The position numbers and the translations under genes are program-made. The notes below the pieces were generated by a model. The model ran no database searches. It was not told where the DNA came from and worked only from the letters and a program-made list of their open reading frames with translations. From Eledone cirrhosa (Eukaryota): DNA of 64,000 bases. Below are positions 50,512 to 64,000 of this stretch, piece by piece (the first letter of the stretch is position 1; every line of letters begins with the position of its first letter). The DNA lies in NCBI GenBank assembly GCA_964016885.1, contig OZ024746.1:55986001-56050000 (forward strand), written 5' to 3'.

Positions 50512-50548
50512 TCCTTAATTTTCGAGATAATATCTCTTCTTCAGAGGG
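50512..50548 (-). ncRNA. Minimal hammerhead motif
   Basis: CCT-CTGAAGA-A-GAGAT-ATT-ATCTC-GAAA-AT-TA^-AGG. Confidence 0.65.
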
Positions 50549-50922
50549 AGATAAATGTCTCAAACCAGCCTTCTAAATATCTTGCCAACCCATGCTGACA
50601 GGAAATAGTATAGAGTATCTGTTCTATCTCTAATGTCAAGGAGTTAAAATTAGATGGATAAAGAGTAGTCTCCCTTTAAAAGGGGTTTGTTTAGGGTTTT
50701 TTTTTATATACATGCCTGTTTAAGTGTGTGGGAGAATGCATGAAGGTGTAAGTATGTGAGTGTGTGTGTGTGAGTGTGAGAAGATAAGTCTATTCGTAAA
50801 TGTGGGGGATAGGTGTTATCTGGTGTTAGAACTGGTTTTGTGTGTGTATGTGTGAGAGAGAATAAGTGGAGGTGTAAGCGTGTGTGTGTGTGGGGTGTGT
50901 AAATATGGGGCTAGAAGCCCTA

Positions 50923-52167
50923 TCAGGTTATACATTGGGTGTTGAGTTCTAGTCTATTATTGATTGGTGGTTGTGTCTTATCTATAATTAGTGCTTCCTT
51001 AATTCTAAGATTGCCGATGTTTCTTTCCTTAGTTTCTATCCTAACTGTTATTGTTTTGTCGGTGTTTTTGCATTTAACTAGGTGTTTCTTAAATGAGGAA
51101 GCGTTAGTATTGAGGTGTTCTTTTATTCTTATGTGGAGTGGTCTGGTGGTGCTACCTACGTAGAAGTTGTTGCATTTGTCACACTCTAGTCTGTATACGA
51201 CGTAAGCCTGGTGGCATAGGTCTGTGTCGTTGATGGGGCAGTTGGCTAGTCTGCAGCAGTTGTCATGTCTGGTGGAGTGTCTTTTGATTAGCTGTCCGCA
51301 TAGAGAAGGACCTGAGTGGGCCAGTTGGATATCTAGTCCCTCTCGTCTGATGGCTCTGCGGATGGCTGTTGTTGTTTCTTCACTGAAGTGTGGGAGCTTC
51401 AGGAAGCAAGTGTTACTGCCTCGGGTGTGGTGTCCTCTGTTCTTTCTGGCACGGTTTGTGGTGGATGTCGTGTATCCGTTCAGTTTGAGTACTTCCAGGA
51501 AATGTGTGGTGTGTGTGTCTCGGTCTCTAGCGTCAGAGCATTTGTTCCGGATACGTGCCAGTTTGTTCCTTATGCATCCGAACTTGGCACCGAGTGGGAG
51601 GGCCGATCTGAAATGTACGAACAGGTCCCTGCTGGCGGCTTTTTTATAGAAGCTGGTGTGGGTGTTGCGTTCCTCTGTTACCCTGAGTTGGAAGTCTAGT
51701 AGGGATAGGGATCCGCGGTCATCGGGGTGTTCCATGCTGAACTTTATACTGGCGTCCATGCTGGAGAATGTTGTGTAAATTTTATCTGCCTCCTCACGGG
51801 ATGATGTAAGGATGAGTATGTCATCTACATATCGGGTGAAGAAGGCATGGGAATGGCAGGTGTTGAGGGCTCGACATTCTAGCTGGTTCATGTAGGTGAT
51901 GGCCAGCAGGCCCGATAGGCTGGATCCCATGGGTAATCCTGTTGTCAGTCTGTATGTGTGGTGGTGGAAGGTGAAGTACGTGATATCTACTGTGAAGGAC
52001 AAAAGCTGGTGTATATCCGTCGGGTGGAGGCCGTAGCAGTGGATGTCCTCTGCGACCACGCAGTCCGTCAATAAATCGACAGCTGGATGAGCGGGGACTG
52101 TAGTGTAGAGGGAGACAATGTCTAGGCTAAAAGCATATTTATTTAGTTTAAGTTGTTCTGGCTGCAT
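50923..52167 (-). CDS. PLE RT (partial) + GIY-YIG endonuclease, uninterrupted 414 aa
   Basis: SLDIVSLYTTVP, GLPMGSSLS, RYVDD, LLDF, VVYRLECDKCNNFYVGSTTRPLHIRIKEH and LRIKEALII..PPIN. Confidence 0.85.
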   Translation of the reverse strand: MQPEQLKLNKYAFSLDIVSLYTTVPAHPAVDLLTDCVVAEDIHCYGLHPTDIHQLLSFTVDITYFTFHHHTYRLTTGLPMGSSLSGLLAITYMNQLECRALNTCHSHAFFTRYVDDILILTSSREEADKIYTTFSSMDASIKFSMEHPDDRGSLSLLDFQLRVTEERNTHTSFYKKAASRDLFVHFRSALPLGAKFGCIRNKLARIRNKCSDARDRDTHTTHFLEVLKLNGYTTSTTNRARKNRGHHTRGSNTCFLKLPHFSEETTTAIRRAIRREGLDIQLAHSGPSLCGQLIKRHSTRHDNCCRLANCPINDTDLCHQAYVVYRLECDKCNNFYVGSTTRPLHIRIKEHLNTNASSFKKHLVKCKNTDKTITVRIETKERNIGNLRIKEALIIDKTQPPINNRLELNTQCIT

Positions 52168-52435
52168 TGGTGTAGTCTACGTATAACTTCGTCTACGTAT
52201 AACTTCGTCGGAGCTACTGACATGCCCGGGAAAGGTGGAGAGTAGAGGCTTAAGATATTATCTCGAAAATTAAGGACATTTAAATAAATCTAAAGTAAAA
52301 GACGATTTGTCAACAATATCTTTTGCAATTGCATTCTTTTTTCTATGTCCATACCTGCATTGTTTTGGCTTTATTATACATATTCAAACGTTTATACCTC
52401 ATTACACAATTCTTCAAATGAACTATAACCTCCTC

Positions 52436-52471
<36 letters not shown>

Positions 52472-52515
52472 TTATATACATATATATATATATATACATA
52501 TATACATATATATGT

Positions 52516-52562
<47 letters not shown>

Positions 52563-52708
52563 TACCTGTTCGATTAACACTTAACATTAAATATTCTACC
52601 ATAGTATGTCATTCTAATAACATTATATATTTTAAAGGATCGTAAATAAAAGGAGTAAATCAGACAAAGTTGGAATTCCTTTTATTCATATATATATATA
52701 TATATATA

Positions 52709-53173
52709 TGGAAAGTTATATTTAAAATTGTTGGGTTACAACTAGTAAATATTTATAACTGATATAAAAGCACTCGACAAATATTTGGAGTATATTTACA
52801 ATATTAAATAAATGGAAACTATATTTATAAAACCATATTTATTTCATTATATATATTTCGGGGATATCATATTAACAATATGCTATGCCTTCCTCAAACA
52901 AAATACAATATAAACAGTTTTATAGATAAATAGATTCGACATACCGTTATAACACCGACTTCCATTTGGAGAGGTTTATATATTTTTACTGCCAGCGTAA
53001 ACCTCTCCAAATGGAAGTCGGTGTTATAACGGTATGTCGAATCTATTTATCTATAAAACTGTTTATATTGTATTTTGTCTGAGGAAGGCATAGCATATTG
53101 TTAATATGATATCCCCGAAATATATATAATGAAATAAATATGGTTTTATAAATATAGTTTCCATTTATTTAAT

Positions 53174-53178
<5 letters not shown>
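52709..53178. mobile_element. ORF-less foldback pLTR element
   Basis: Near-perfect ~180-bp inverted arms at ~52797-52978 and ~52998-53178. The left extension matches 54205-54290 and the reverse complement of 31871-31945. Confidence 0.8.
53071..53136 (+). ncRNA. Type I hammerhead motif
   Basis: TATTTTGT-CTGAGGA-[imperfect hairpin]-GAAA-TATATA-TA^-ATGAAATA. Confidence 0.65.
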
Positions 53179-53251
<73 letters not shown>

Positions 53252-53256
53252 CATAT

Positions 53257-53350
<94 letters not shown>

Positions 53351-53365
53351 TATATATATATACAT

Positions 53366-53469
<104 letters not shown>

Positions 53470-53610
53470 AGTTTATGTTGGTTGCATACCAACACCTCAG
53501 TATGCAGGCTGGAGCACTCGACGAAATGCGCAGATTGGTTTGGTTACTCCGGAGTAGTGTAAAATAAAGTTAAATAAAAGTCAAGTGATTTAAATTTAGC
53601 TTCGTTTATT

Positions 53611-53665
53611 ACTGCTATATATATTTCAGTGACAGTCATCTTTGGCTGTGACCTCTTCAGGCAGT
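53611..53665 (-). ncRNA. Type I hammerhead ribozyme in a pLTR fragment (53466-53780)
   Basis: ACTGC-CTGAAGA-GGTCACAGCCAAAGATGACTGTCACT-GAAA-TATATA-TA^-GCAGT. Confidence 0.75.
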
Positions 53666-53778
53666 TTGAATTAGTATGGTATAGACAAGTACATATGTTG
53701 TTGAGGTGTATAATATTGTCAATACTCTGATATATCCAGTTCCTTGTTGGGTTGTTATTTCACTGAGGAACTGGAGTC

Positions 53779-53881
<103 letters not shown>

Positions 53882-54006
53882 TACATATACATATATACAT
53901 ATACATATGCACATATATATATATATATACGTATATATATATATATATATATATATACATACATATATATATATATATATACATACATATATGTATATAT
54001 ATATAT

Positions 54007-54653
<647 letters not shown>

Positions 54654-54735
54654 TTTAGTTTTTTAATTTGTTTAGCAAGATTCTTTGCTAAGCAAGATTC
54701 TTTTATTGGCGACATGACTCTCCCAAAGTATAATA

Positions 54736-54898
<163 letters not shown>

Positions 54899-54910
54899 TA
54901 TATATATATA

Positions 54911-54998
<88 letters not shown>

Positions 54999-55001
<3 letters not shown>

Positions 55002-58000
55002 ATAATAATTAATTTGAATACTAAAATCCAAAGAGGGCTCGATAAGGATAAATATATATCAAATATATAAGAACCGTAGAGCAAATATTTATTAAAATAA
55101 CAGATTAAAGTTTAAGCAAAGAATCGGTGCTTTCACCCTTAACGGGATCTTCTGAAACTAACAAAGTCAATCTGTGAACGCAGAACTGGATATTTCAGAA
55201 AACGTTGCAACCGGAGGAAGACAGGAAGACGATACTTTGGTTCGTGGAAACGTTCGCTGGCAAAGAACGGGAAAAAACGAATTATACGTCATTAATAGAA
55301 GCGGTGAAAAACAATTCCGCGCAAAGACAGAACCACGTTTATGGTATAAAAGAGGTCGTAGACTAATGTTCTCTTAGGTGGTGCATAGAGACGTTCTCTG
55401 GCAATGAACGAAAAAACGAAGATAATAAGTCATATGTGGAGCGTGGAGAACAATAGCACGCAAAGACAAAATCACGTAAATAGTAAGCAGAAGTCGTAGA
55501 CTAAAATTCTAACTAGGAGACCAAATGAATCTCCGCTACAGAGTTAAGAACAAAGTAAATAAATACAATACAGAAGTAATAGAAATAAATAAATACACGC
55601 AAACAAATACACCAGCATACGCAAAACTTTACCTTAGGTATACAAAACCACGCACATATAAATATGTGTGTGTGTGTATGCGTGTATACAAATAAATAAA
55701 TAATTATATAAACGTATAAGAATAAATAAATACGTATATAACAAGCGCACACACATACCTACATATAAATACACGAATGTTCGGAGACGTAAGTCAACTA
55801 AAACAAGAAGTACACATATACACCCACCCACCATACGTACGAACCTGTATACTCACACAGACGCAACACTCCCGTATACACATAGCCAAACCCTATGTAC
55901 CAGGAATATAAAATTATACGCCATAACAATCAAATATACGTACGAGAAGGTATACGTACCTTCACAAAACATACGGGTAATATATACTTACCTATGCAAA
56001 TAAGTAAAGGAATAAACAAAACATATACTTAGCTCCCACATCAAGACGTAAATTATCCACGTATAGATCGTACTATCCGTAGGGTATAACGTGGGGCTGT
56101 AATACAGGAAAGTTTTGTGCAATTTATGTTTACTAGCCGAAATTGCCTCAGACTTTTTGTTTAAGTTGTGGTCTTTGGCGTAGATTATTCCAGATCCTCA
56201 GCGGCGTAGAGGTCACAAGGTCTTTTATTTCCGTTTTACGATCTAGCCCTAGCTAGGATCTCCCAGTGTAACTTATATTGGGTGTGGTTGTCTTTTAGAC
56301 TCCAGATATAAGCTGAAAGTGACGTCATATTCCTTCTTAGAGGGTAACGAAAAGAATGGGTATGCATGTAAAGACGCTGCTTGAAACTATTGGCGGTTAA
56401 CCCTATGTAGGCCCTATGGGACGTGGGTGTTACAACCTTACATTGGTAGTCAATGTTACTAGAGAGGCATTTCCCGGATAGGGGGCAATCAGCCCGATTC
56501 CTACAATTACAGTTAGTACTAACTACAGGGTTGCACGTGTTCCTACGGCTAGGTAGTTTAGCTAAATTTGAAGCTGTGATGTTATGTGCAAGATTAGGAG
56601 TCTTAGAGTAAGAAATTTTAATAGTATTTCTATTAAACATTTTAATATATTTATGTGTAGTGGGAAAATGCTTCGTAATAAGGGAAAGAAAGATCTTAGC
56701 TAATGGTGTGGCCACCTCCATATTATATGGTGGGTTATACCAACAAATGCGACGGGATCTATTTCTTCTATGTATATTTTTGTACTCTGTATATGCTACC
56801 TTATCGACAAATCCACTTCGAGCAAGAGCTTCATTGTAATAAGTGGAATGGTCGTTGAAAATACGCTCGTTGGTGGAAAGACGGGAAAGCCTCAACGAAA
56901 CGTTTCTTACCAGGTTCTTGGTTATGCTGGCAGGATGGTTGGAATGCTTACTTATGTAATTAAGCGTATCATTCGGCTTTCTATACGGGTAATACAACCC
57001 ATTCAATAAATTGAGGGTAACGTCGAGGTAATAACGACCGAGAGATTGGCCTCAACCTGTATAGAGAGGTTGAAGCCTTTAAAGAAGGTTGTGAGTTCTT
57101 TTCTGAACCTGTCGCAAGCACGCGAGGTCCGCACTTACTCATGGTCAAAAGACCATCGTCACGGTACAAACCACCGCCCGCGTTGGGGAATTCGTCCTTG
57201 ATAGAGAAAAGAAGGAAAAGGCCAATAAGATCAGTAACCTCCGCAGAGTCACTGGCGCCCATACTCACGTCGAATGGGGTACTATTGGATTTTTTAATCC
57301 AAATAGAGTCGTCGAAATTAATCACCGACTTTCGGTCATTAAGGATGACATCAACTTCAACATCCTTAACCACTGTGAGTGTTCTAGCGAAATTGATAGC
57401 TCTAAGGAGAAGTGGTAAAGTGATGGAGGAGTAGTAATTGTTGATGTCGAATTGGATAAAACGGCAATGTTCCTTGTTACATATGCCGTTGAACCAATCA
57501 ATCACCGCGAATTGTTCCACAGTGCAAGAGGGGCCAGACTTCTAATTTCAGGTATAATTCTATCAAGAACCGTTTTACTAAGTATACATAAATCGGACTT
57601 CGTAGGGTTAATAAGCCGAATAGAGGGGTTGTTCGGAAAATTGGATTTGTGATCCTTCAGGGTAAAGTGAGGAGAAATAGGGTCCAGAGGTTCGGTCCGG
57701 TCCGGTCCAGATGTGATTTTAAACCCAGCATCGTTGATTTCATTGATGACGCACCGATTAGTTTTACGGTAATCCTTAGTTACAGCATTATGTAGTAGTT
57801 GATGGTAAGTACTGCGCTCCACTTGATATAGGTTGCCAGTTTTGTCGGAATGGACGTGCACGGCGTTATAATCCTTAATAGAACGAATTCTATTCTACAG
57901 GTCTTGCTGGAAGGAATTGCTCCTATTCCAAAATGTGATACTCCGAATGAGTTCCAAGACATCATTTTCGAAGGGTAGCAATGCTGTGTTCCACGGGGGG

Positions 58001-58262
58001 TTATTATAGGTTTTAAATCCAAATTTATCCGGTTTGTCGTCTGCTTTTCGCGTATTATCGAAATAAAAGGCACTTATTCGTTTTTTCCCGTTCTTTACCA
58101 GCGAACGTTTCCACGAACCAAAGTATCGTCTTCCTGTCTTCCTCCGGTTGCAACGTTTTCTGAAATATCCAGTTCTGCGTCTACAGATTGAATTTGTTAG
58201 TTTCAGAAGATCCCGTTAAGGGTGAAAGCACCGATTCTTTGCTTAAACTTTAATCTGTTATG
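54999..58262 (-). mobile_element. Near full-length Naiad-like PLE with 5' inverted pLTR
   Basis: FGFKT..PFEND, SDKTGNLY, TLKDHK..RLINPTKSD, IQFDINNYY, DVSMGASDSAEVTDLIGL, GLYRDDGL, WYNPPY, CNCRNRADCPLSGKC and YIGLT. 58073-58262 is the reverse complement of ~55096-55285. Confidence 0.93.
55101..55174 (-). ncRNA. Hammerhead-like motif with variant CAGAAGA core
   Basis: CAGATTGA..AGTTT-CAGAAGA-T-CCC-GTTAA-GGG-T-GAAA-GCA..TGC-TT^-AAACT-TTAATCTG; copy on + at 58184-58257. Confidence 0.6.
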
Positions 58263-58341
<79 letters not shown>

Positions 58342-58372
58342 GTATATACATATATATATATATACATATACA

Positions 58373-59240
<868 letters not shown>

Positions 59241-59558
59241 ATGTATATGCTGCCACGAATTGGCCATTGATAACAAACGACTTTACCATAACGTATTCTC
59301 AAAAATACAAAACATCAGAAAATATTGGTATATATTCCATGTACTTTTTCGGGCTTTCTAGTTATCTAAATTCAAATTCCACTGAGGTTGAATTCGTTAC
59401 TTTAATTGGAATGTCAATGAATGAAATAGCAATCCACTACTAGGGAGGATTCTATTTCGTTTCGGGTTCTCACATTCACAAGAATATAAGGTTTCCCTAT
59501 GTTTATATTATCACTACCGCTGCATCCATAGCTATGTATTAGTAATTATACATACATG

Positions 59559-59616
<58 letters not shown>

Positions 59617-59618
<2 letters not shown>

Positions 59619-59790
59619 ATAATTATTTCATTTACCACTGGTTTCTTGAAGGCAACCAGAATTGCTCTCATTCATCAGAATGAAAAAATCCTATTGTCTT
59701 TATTTACTGTCAATAAAGACACCAGGGTTTTTTTCATTCTGATGAAAAAAAGCAATTTTGGTTGCTTCAAGTAACCACTGGTAAATGAAA
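59617..59790. mobile_element. Small foldback pLTR derivative with HHR
   Basis: Inverted arms. Minus strand 59626-59685 reads TTTCATT-CTGATGA-stem II-GAAA-CCAGTGG-TA^-AATGAAA; the + arm copy has lost GAAA. Confidence 0.7.
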
Positions 59791-60195
59791 TAATTATCCT
59801 ATGTTGTTTATTACATAATTAATAAGCTCTGTAACCTACATAGAGCACTCTTTTTTCATGTACTTTTCCGACGTAATTACTTCAATTAGACATATATATA
59901 TAAATGGTTGCTACAGGACTACAACTGTTTCACTCTGAAGCCCGGGCTTCCTGATGATTTCTCCCGAAAGAAACCGTTCTAGTCTCGTAGAAGCCATTTC
60001 TATATTAAATATTTATACTCTGCAAGTTATTGAGTACCTTACTTACTGTGGTTACCCCCGATTGAACCCGGGATAAACTTGACAATTTGAAAATTGCGGT
60101 AGGCAAAACCCATACATTACCAACACAACGAAATAACTAATCAGGTTATTTATATATATACTGTATACACACACACACAGACACACACACACACG

Positions 60196-60249
<54 letters not shown>

Positions 60250-60256
<7 letters not shown>

Positions 60257-61740
60257 ATACTTTGGGAGGGGCATGTTGCCAATAAGAATCACACGCACCG
60301 ATTACTTTCACTCCAATTTATTATAAATTAAATTGGTTAATTTAAAAATTTATAAATTTCTGGTTTGTTGGTTGGTTCCACAACCGGACGATTGTTCATA
60401 TAGTGTCAAAGTTCTTTCGTCACACATTATGTGACCTCTTCAGTGGCTGGGGATTCTATTCTTTGTTTTGTGCCTCTCCTTTGTTCTGTCCTACGCCATC
60501 TTGTTTTTGTGTGTGTTGCGTGCTTAGTTTGCGCAAGTGTTACATCCGGGTGTATGTGTGTGTTTTTATTTGTTTATTTATCTGTTTATTTACCTGTTAC
60601 TGGTTGGTTGTTTGTTGTATGTGTGTGTGTTTTCATTTTGTCCTTAATTGTAAGTTGTGATGTTACTATTCCATTCAAGTTTTCTATTTAATTTTGGTTG
60701 GAGATCATTTATGTTTATTGCCTTTGTGAATTTTTTAAACAATGCGTCTTTTCTGTGTGTAGACTTTATTTTTACTTCTATGTTCTCTAATTTGCCCTTA
60801 TGTTCTATTTTAGCATGTTGGTGGAGTACTGCTGAATCTTTTCTATCTAGAAGCTCTCGCCAGTGTTCATTTAATCGTTCTCCTATACTACGAACTGTCT
60901 CACCTATGTACACTATATTCTTATCTGTTCATTGTCCTTCAGTACATCTTATGCTATATACTATATTTCTAGTTTACAGTTACTATGGGGGCTTAGTTTA
61001 CAGATTACACATTTCTTATCTATACAGGGAGTTCTTTGAAAAGGGTATGTATTACTAATAAGTGTTTTTGTGGGGGTACCTGGTCTTTCTACTATCTTAA
61101 TATTGAGTTTAAATTTATCTAGGGCCCTACTAAATTTGTAAGCTAATTCACCTCTAGGGGTCGTATTGATGAACATTACACTCTGGTATTTATTGCTATC
61201 ATACCACGAGTTTATTATATTAACCCTATTCCTAGTTCTGTCTATCCTATTCCAAATTTGCTCCTATACAAGGGGCAGGTCCCATTTGTATCATTATTTA
61301 CCATTTTTTCCCACTTGGTTCTGGCTCCTCTATATACTCTCATTTTATCTCTCTGATTGTAACCAGAGAACTGCATACGGTGGATGAAGTGTTGTATGTG
61401 TCTCTCTAGTTCTTTGCGGTTGCACATGCGGGACACGTTTCTCATCTCCCGTACTAAATCCGAAATCTCTATGTTGATTTGTGTGTGATCCAAAACAGCT
61501 GAGTTTCGGTGGATCAGATATTTGGAAGTCATGGGTTTGGAATAATGGGAATGGAGGATTTGTTTTTTGTTATTAATGCTTTCTAACCAGAGCTCTGTGT
61601 CTAGTATAGGTAATCGATGGTTGAGGTGTTTGTTGGGTAGTCTATAGTAACTCTAATACTCTGGTAGATGGAGTTAGCTATTTGCTGGATGCTTTCCATG
61701 GTGTTTTTCTCGAATTCCTGACTGGTCTCTAGTGGGGGTG
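60250..61740 (-). mobile_element. PLE remnant (thumb + GIY-YIG), clade uncertain, 3' pLTR with HHR
   Basis: IKIVERPG, C..C and YIGETVRSIGERLNEH..QPKLNRKLEW. HHR at 60405-60447: GCCA-CTGAAGA-G-GTCACA..TGTGAC-GAAA-GAAC-TT-TGAC. Confidence 0.85.
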
Positions 61741-63555
61741 TTTTTACTACTCCTTTCCTACACACTGACCATGGCCATTTCCCAGAGAGTACCTGTGCAC
61801 TATTTTCCTTTCTACATACTAGAACGTTAGTCTTAGACAAGTTAACTTTAAGGCCTTTTGATTCTAGGCCATGCTTCCATGTTTGGAATTTCTTCTCTAG
61901 TTCAGCCATCGATTTATCTATGAGAGTTAGAACATATGAGTATAGACGGGCAGCCGGTCTTGAACTCCTCTGTTATAGCCTGAAGGGCAATAATAAATAG
62001 GAGGGTGTTAAGAACAGAGCCTTGATGAACACCAATTTTTACGCTAAATTCTTTACTATATTCGTTGTTAATTCCAACCTTGCTGACTGTTTCTTTATAC
62101 ATAGCATTTATAGCTCTCACAAGCCATTCATCAACACCTAATTTTCTAAGAGCCCACCAGATAATGGAGCGGAGGACTATGTCAAAGGCTTTCCCCAAGT
62201 CACCAAAAGCTATGTGTAGGGGTTTACCTTTAGATAGGTACTTCTCCTGTAGTTGTCGTACAAGGAAAAGAGCGCCTGTGGTACTTTTACCTCACACAAA
62301 CCCAAACTGCATTTCATCTAGATCAATTCGCTCTATGATTAGTTGCGATATAACTCTTTATGTGACCTTCATAACTTGATCTACTAATTTAATGACTCTA
62401 TAGTTTCCCCTATCTAGGGTATCTCCTTTACCCTTGTAGCAGTTACTGATGATGTTGCTACGCTAGTCATTTGGTATTAATCTATTCTGTATGACTGGTT
62501 TACTATCCGGGTGATCATAGTGTGTCCCACCATTCCTTATGCTTTCAGCATTTCAGCAACTGTCTCCGAAAGCTCAGCTGCATTGCCTGTCTTCATATTT
62601 TTGATTGCCTTACTTATTATACTACCTTTAACTTGCACTGCTGGTCCCTCTATTGGATCGATTTGGAGCAGACTATCTTTTTCCCATTTATTCTCCCCAT
62701 TTAGACACTTCCAAGCTACCTTCTTATCAGCATCAGTGAGGGCAAGTACACCATCATCATTACGGACACACTTCTCCGCGACAAAATCACGGTTTTCCTT
62801 GACACATTGTCTTGCAATCCTTAACGCCTGGCGTCTTTCATCCTCTCGTTGTAGGACATGCTTGAACTTTCTTTCCTCAGCTTCCCTTCTTGCAAAGTAC
62901 ACTTGTCTCCTTGCTTCTCTCCTGGCCACTTGATAGTGTTCTCTACTTCCCCCATCCCGCCATACTTTCCAAGCCTGCTTTTTGGCATTGATTGACTCTT
63001 CCACCTTACTGTTTCACCACCAAGTTACTCTCTTCCTGCTTATAGGTCTGCTCCAGCCACAGATTTCATCTGTTGCCTTCAGCAGGTTAACTTTTCCTCT
63101 ATATTGTAAGTCTCTAATTGCTCATCCTTACTTTCAAAATCATCAAGTAATATGCTTTTAAATGTGTTACTGGCTGTGGGGTCCTTTAGCTTCCATATTC
63201 TTCTTCTCATGGTGGTCCTCCTTTGTTGTCGAGTACATCTAGTCCTGACTATGAAGTCACTAACTATGAGGCTATGTTGGGAGGTGCATTCTTCACGGGG
63301 GAGGGGTTTAGTGTTTACAACAGACACTCTGTCACGTCTTCTGGTAAGGATATAATCTATCTGACTGACGTCATGCCCTGATCTACAGGTGATCAAGTGA
63401 TTGTCTCGCTTTTTGAAGTTAGTGTTACAGATAGTTAGGTTGTTAGCGTCACAGAATTCCATGATTCTGAAGCCTTCCTCATTTCTAGTAACAAACCCAT
63501 AGCCTCCAAGGATTCCGTCATAGCCGTCACAATGTTGTCCAACATGACCATTTAG
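61741..63555 (-). mobile_element. Decayed RTE-clade LINE (APE endonuclease C-terminus + RT)
   Basis: NGHVG..GGYGF..RNEEG..NTNFKK..QIDYIL, KAFD..WWALRKLGV, GVHQGSVL and KGLKVNLSKT. Confidence 0.88.
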
Positions 63556-63622
63556 AATGTCTATACACACCCACCCACACACCACACATATATATATGTA
63601 TATATATATATATACATATGTA

Positions 63623-63800
<178 letters not shown>

Positions 63801-63802
63801 CA

Positions 63803-64000
63803 TAAAATAAAGTTAAATAAAAGTCAAATGATAAAAATTTAGCTTCGTTTATTACTGCTATATATATTTCAGTGACAGTCATCTTTGGCTGTGACCTCTT
63901 CAGGCAGTTTGAATTAGTATGGTATAGACAAGTACAAATGTTGTTTAGGTGTATAATATTGTCAATACTCTGATATGCCCAGTTCCTTGTTGGGTTGTTA
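63803..64000 (-). mobile_element. pLTR with hammerhead (63854-63908), same family as 53466-53780; runs off the window
   Basis: Near-identical to 53560-53757. Confidence 0.75.

Noticed and set aside
52709-53178. MITE or pre-miRNA interpretation of the foldbacks
   Set aside because: Asymmetric arms, HHR cores, and homology of other foldbacks to PLE pLTRs point to a retroelement origin.

Overview
This is eukaryotic, very AT-rich, gene-poor DNA. The repeat content resembles an octopod or other mollusc genome, which is an inference. Roughly half of the window is interrupted (TA)n microsatellite, and almost all long ORFs in the supplied track are Y/I-repeat artefacts of it. Between the TA tracts lie retroelement remnants. 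There are at least 7 Penelope-like elements (PLEs) with RT and/or GIY-YIG coding remnants: 4 Naiad-like families, one Neptune-like, one Penelope/Poseidon-like and one other. Most carry a 5'-inverted pLTR. The rest are many short ORF-less foldback or tandem pLTR derivatives, RTE and CR1/Jockey-group LINE fragments, and two tRNA-type SINE families. The strongest signal, not shown by the ORF track, is a dense set of type I hammerhead ribozyme (HHR) motifs: about 13 distinct well-formed sequence types plus degenerate ones. These include a 420-bp tandem retrozyme-like repeat, HHRs with very long stem II, and recurring non-canonical cores. Bases 1-~6.7 kb are duplicated at ~16.76-23.3 kb across a 200-N gap, probably as two haplotypes, with a SINE present in one copy only. 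No host gene could be confidently identified. All folds were read by eye, and element boundaries are approximate.
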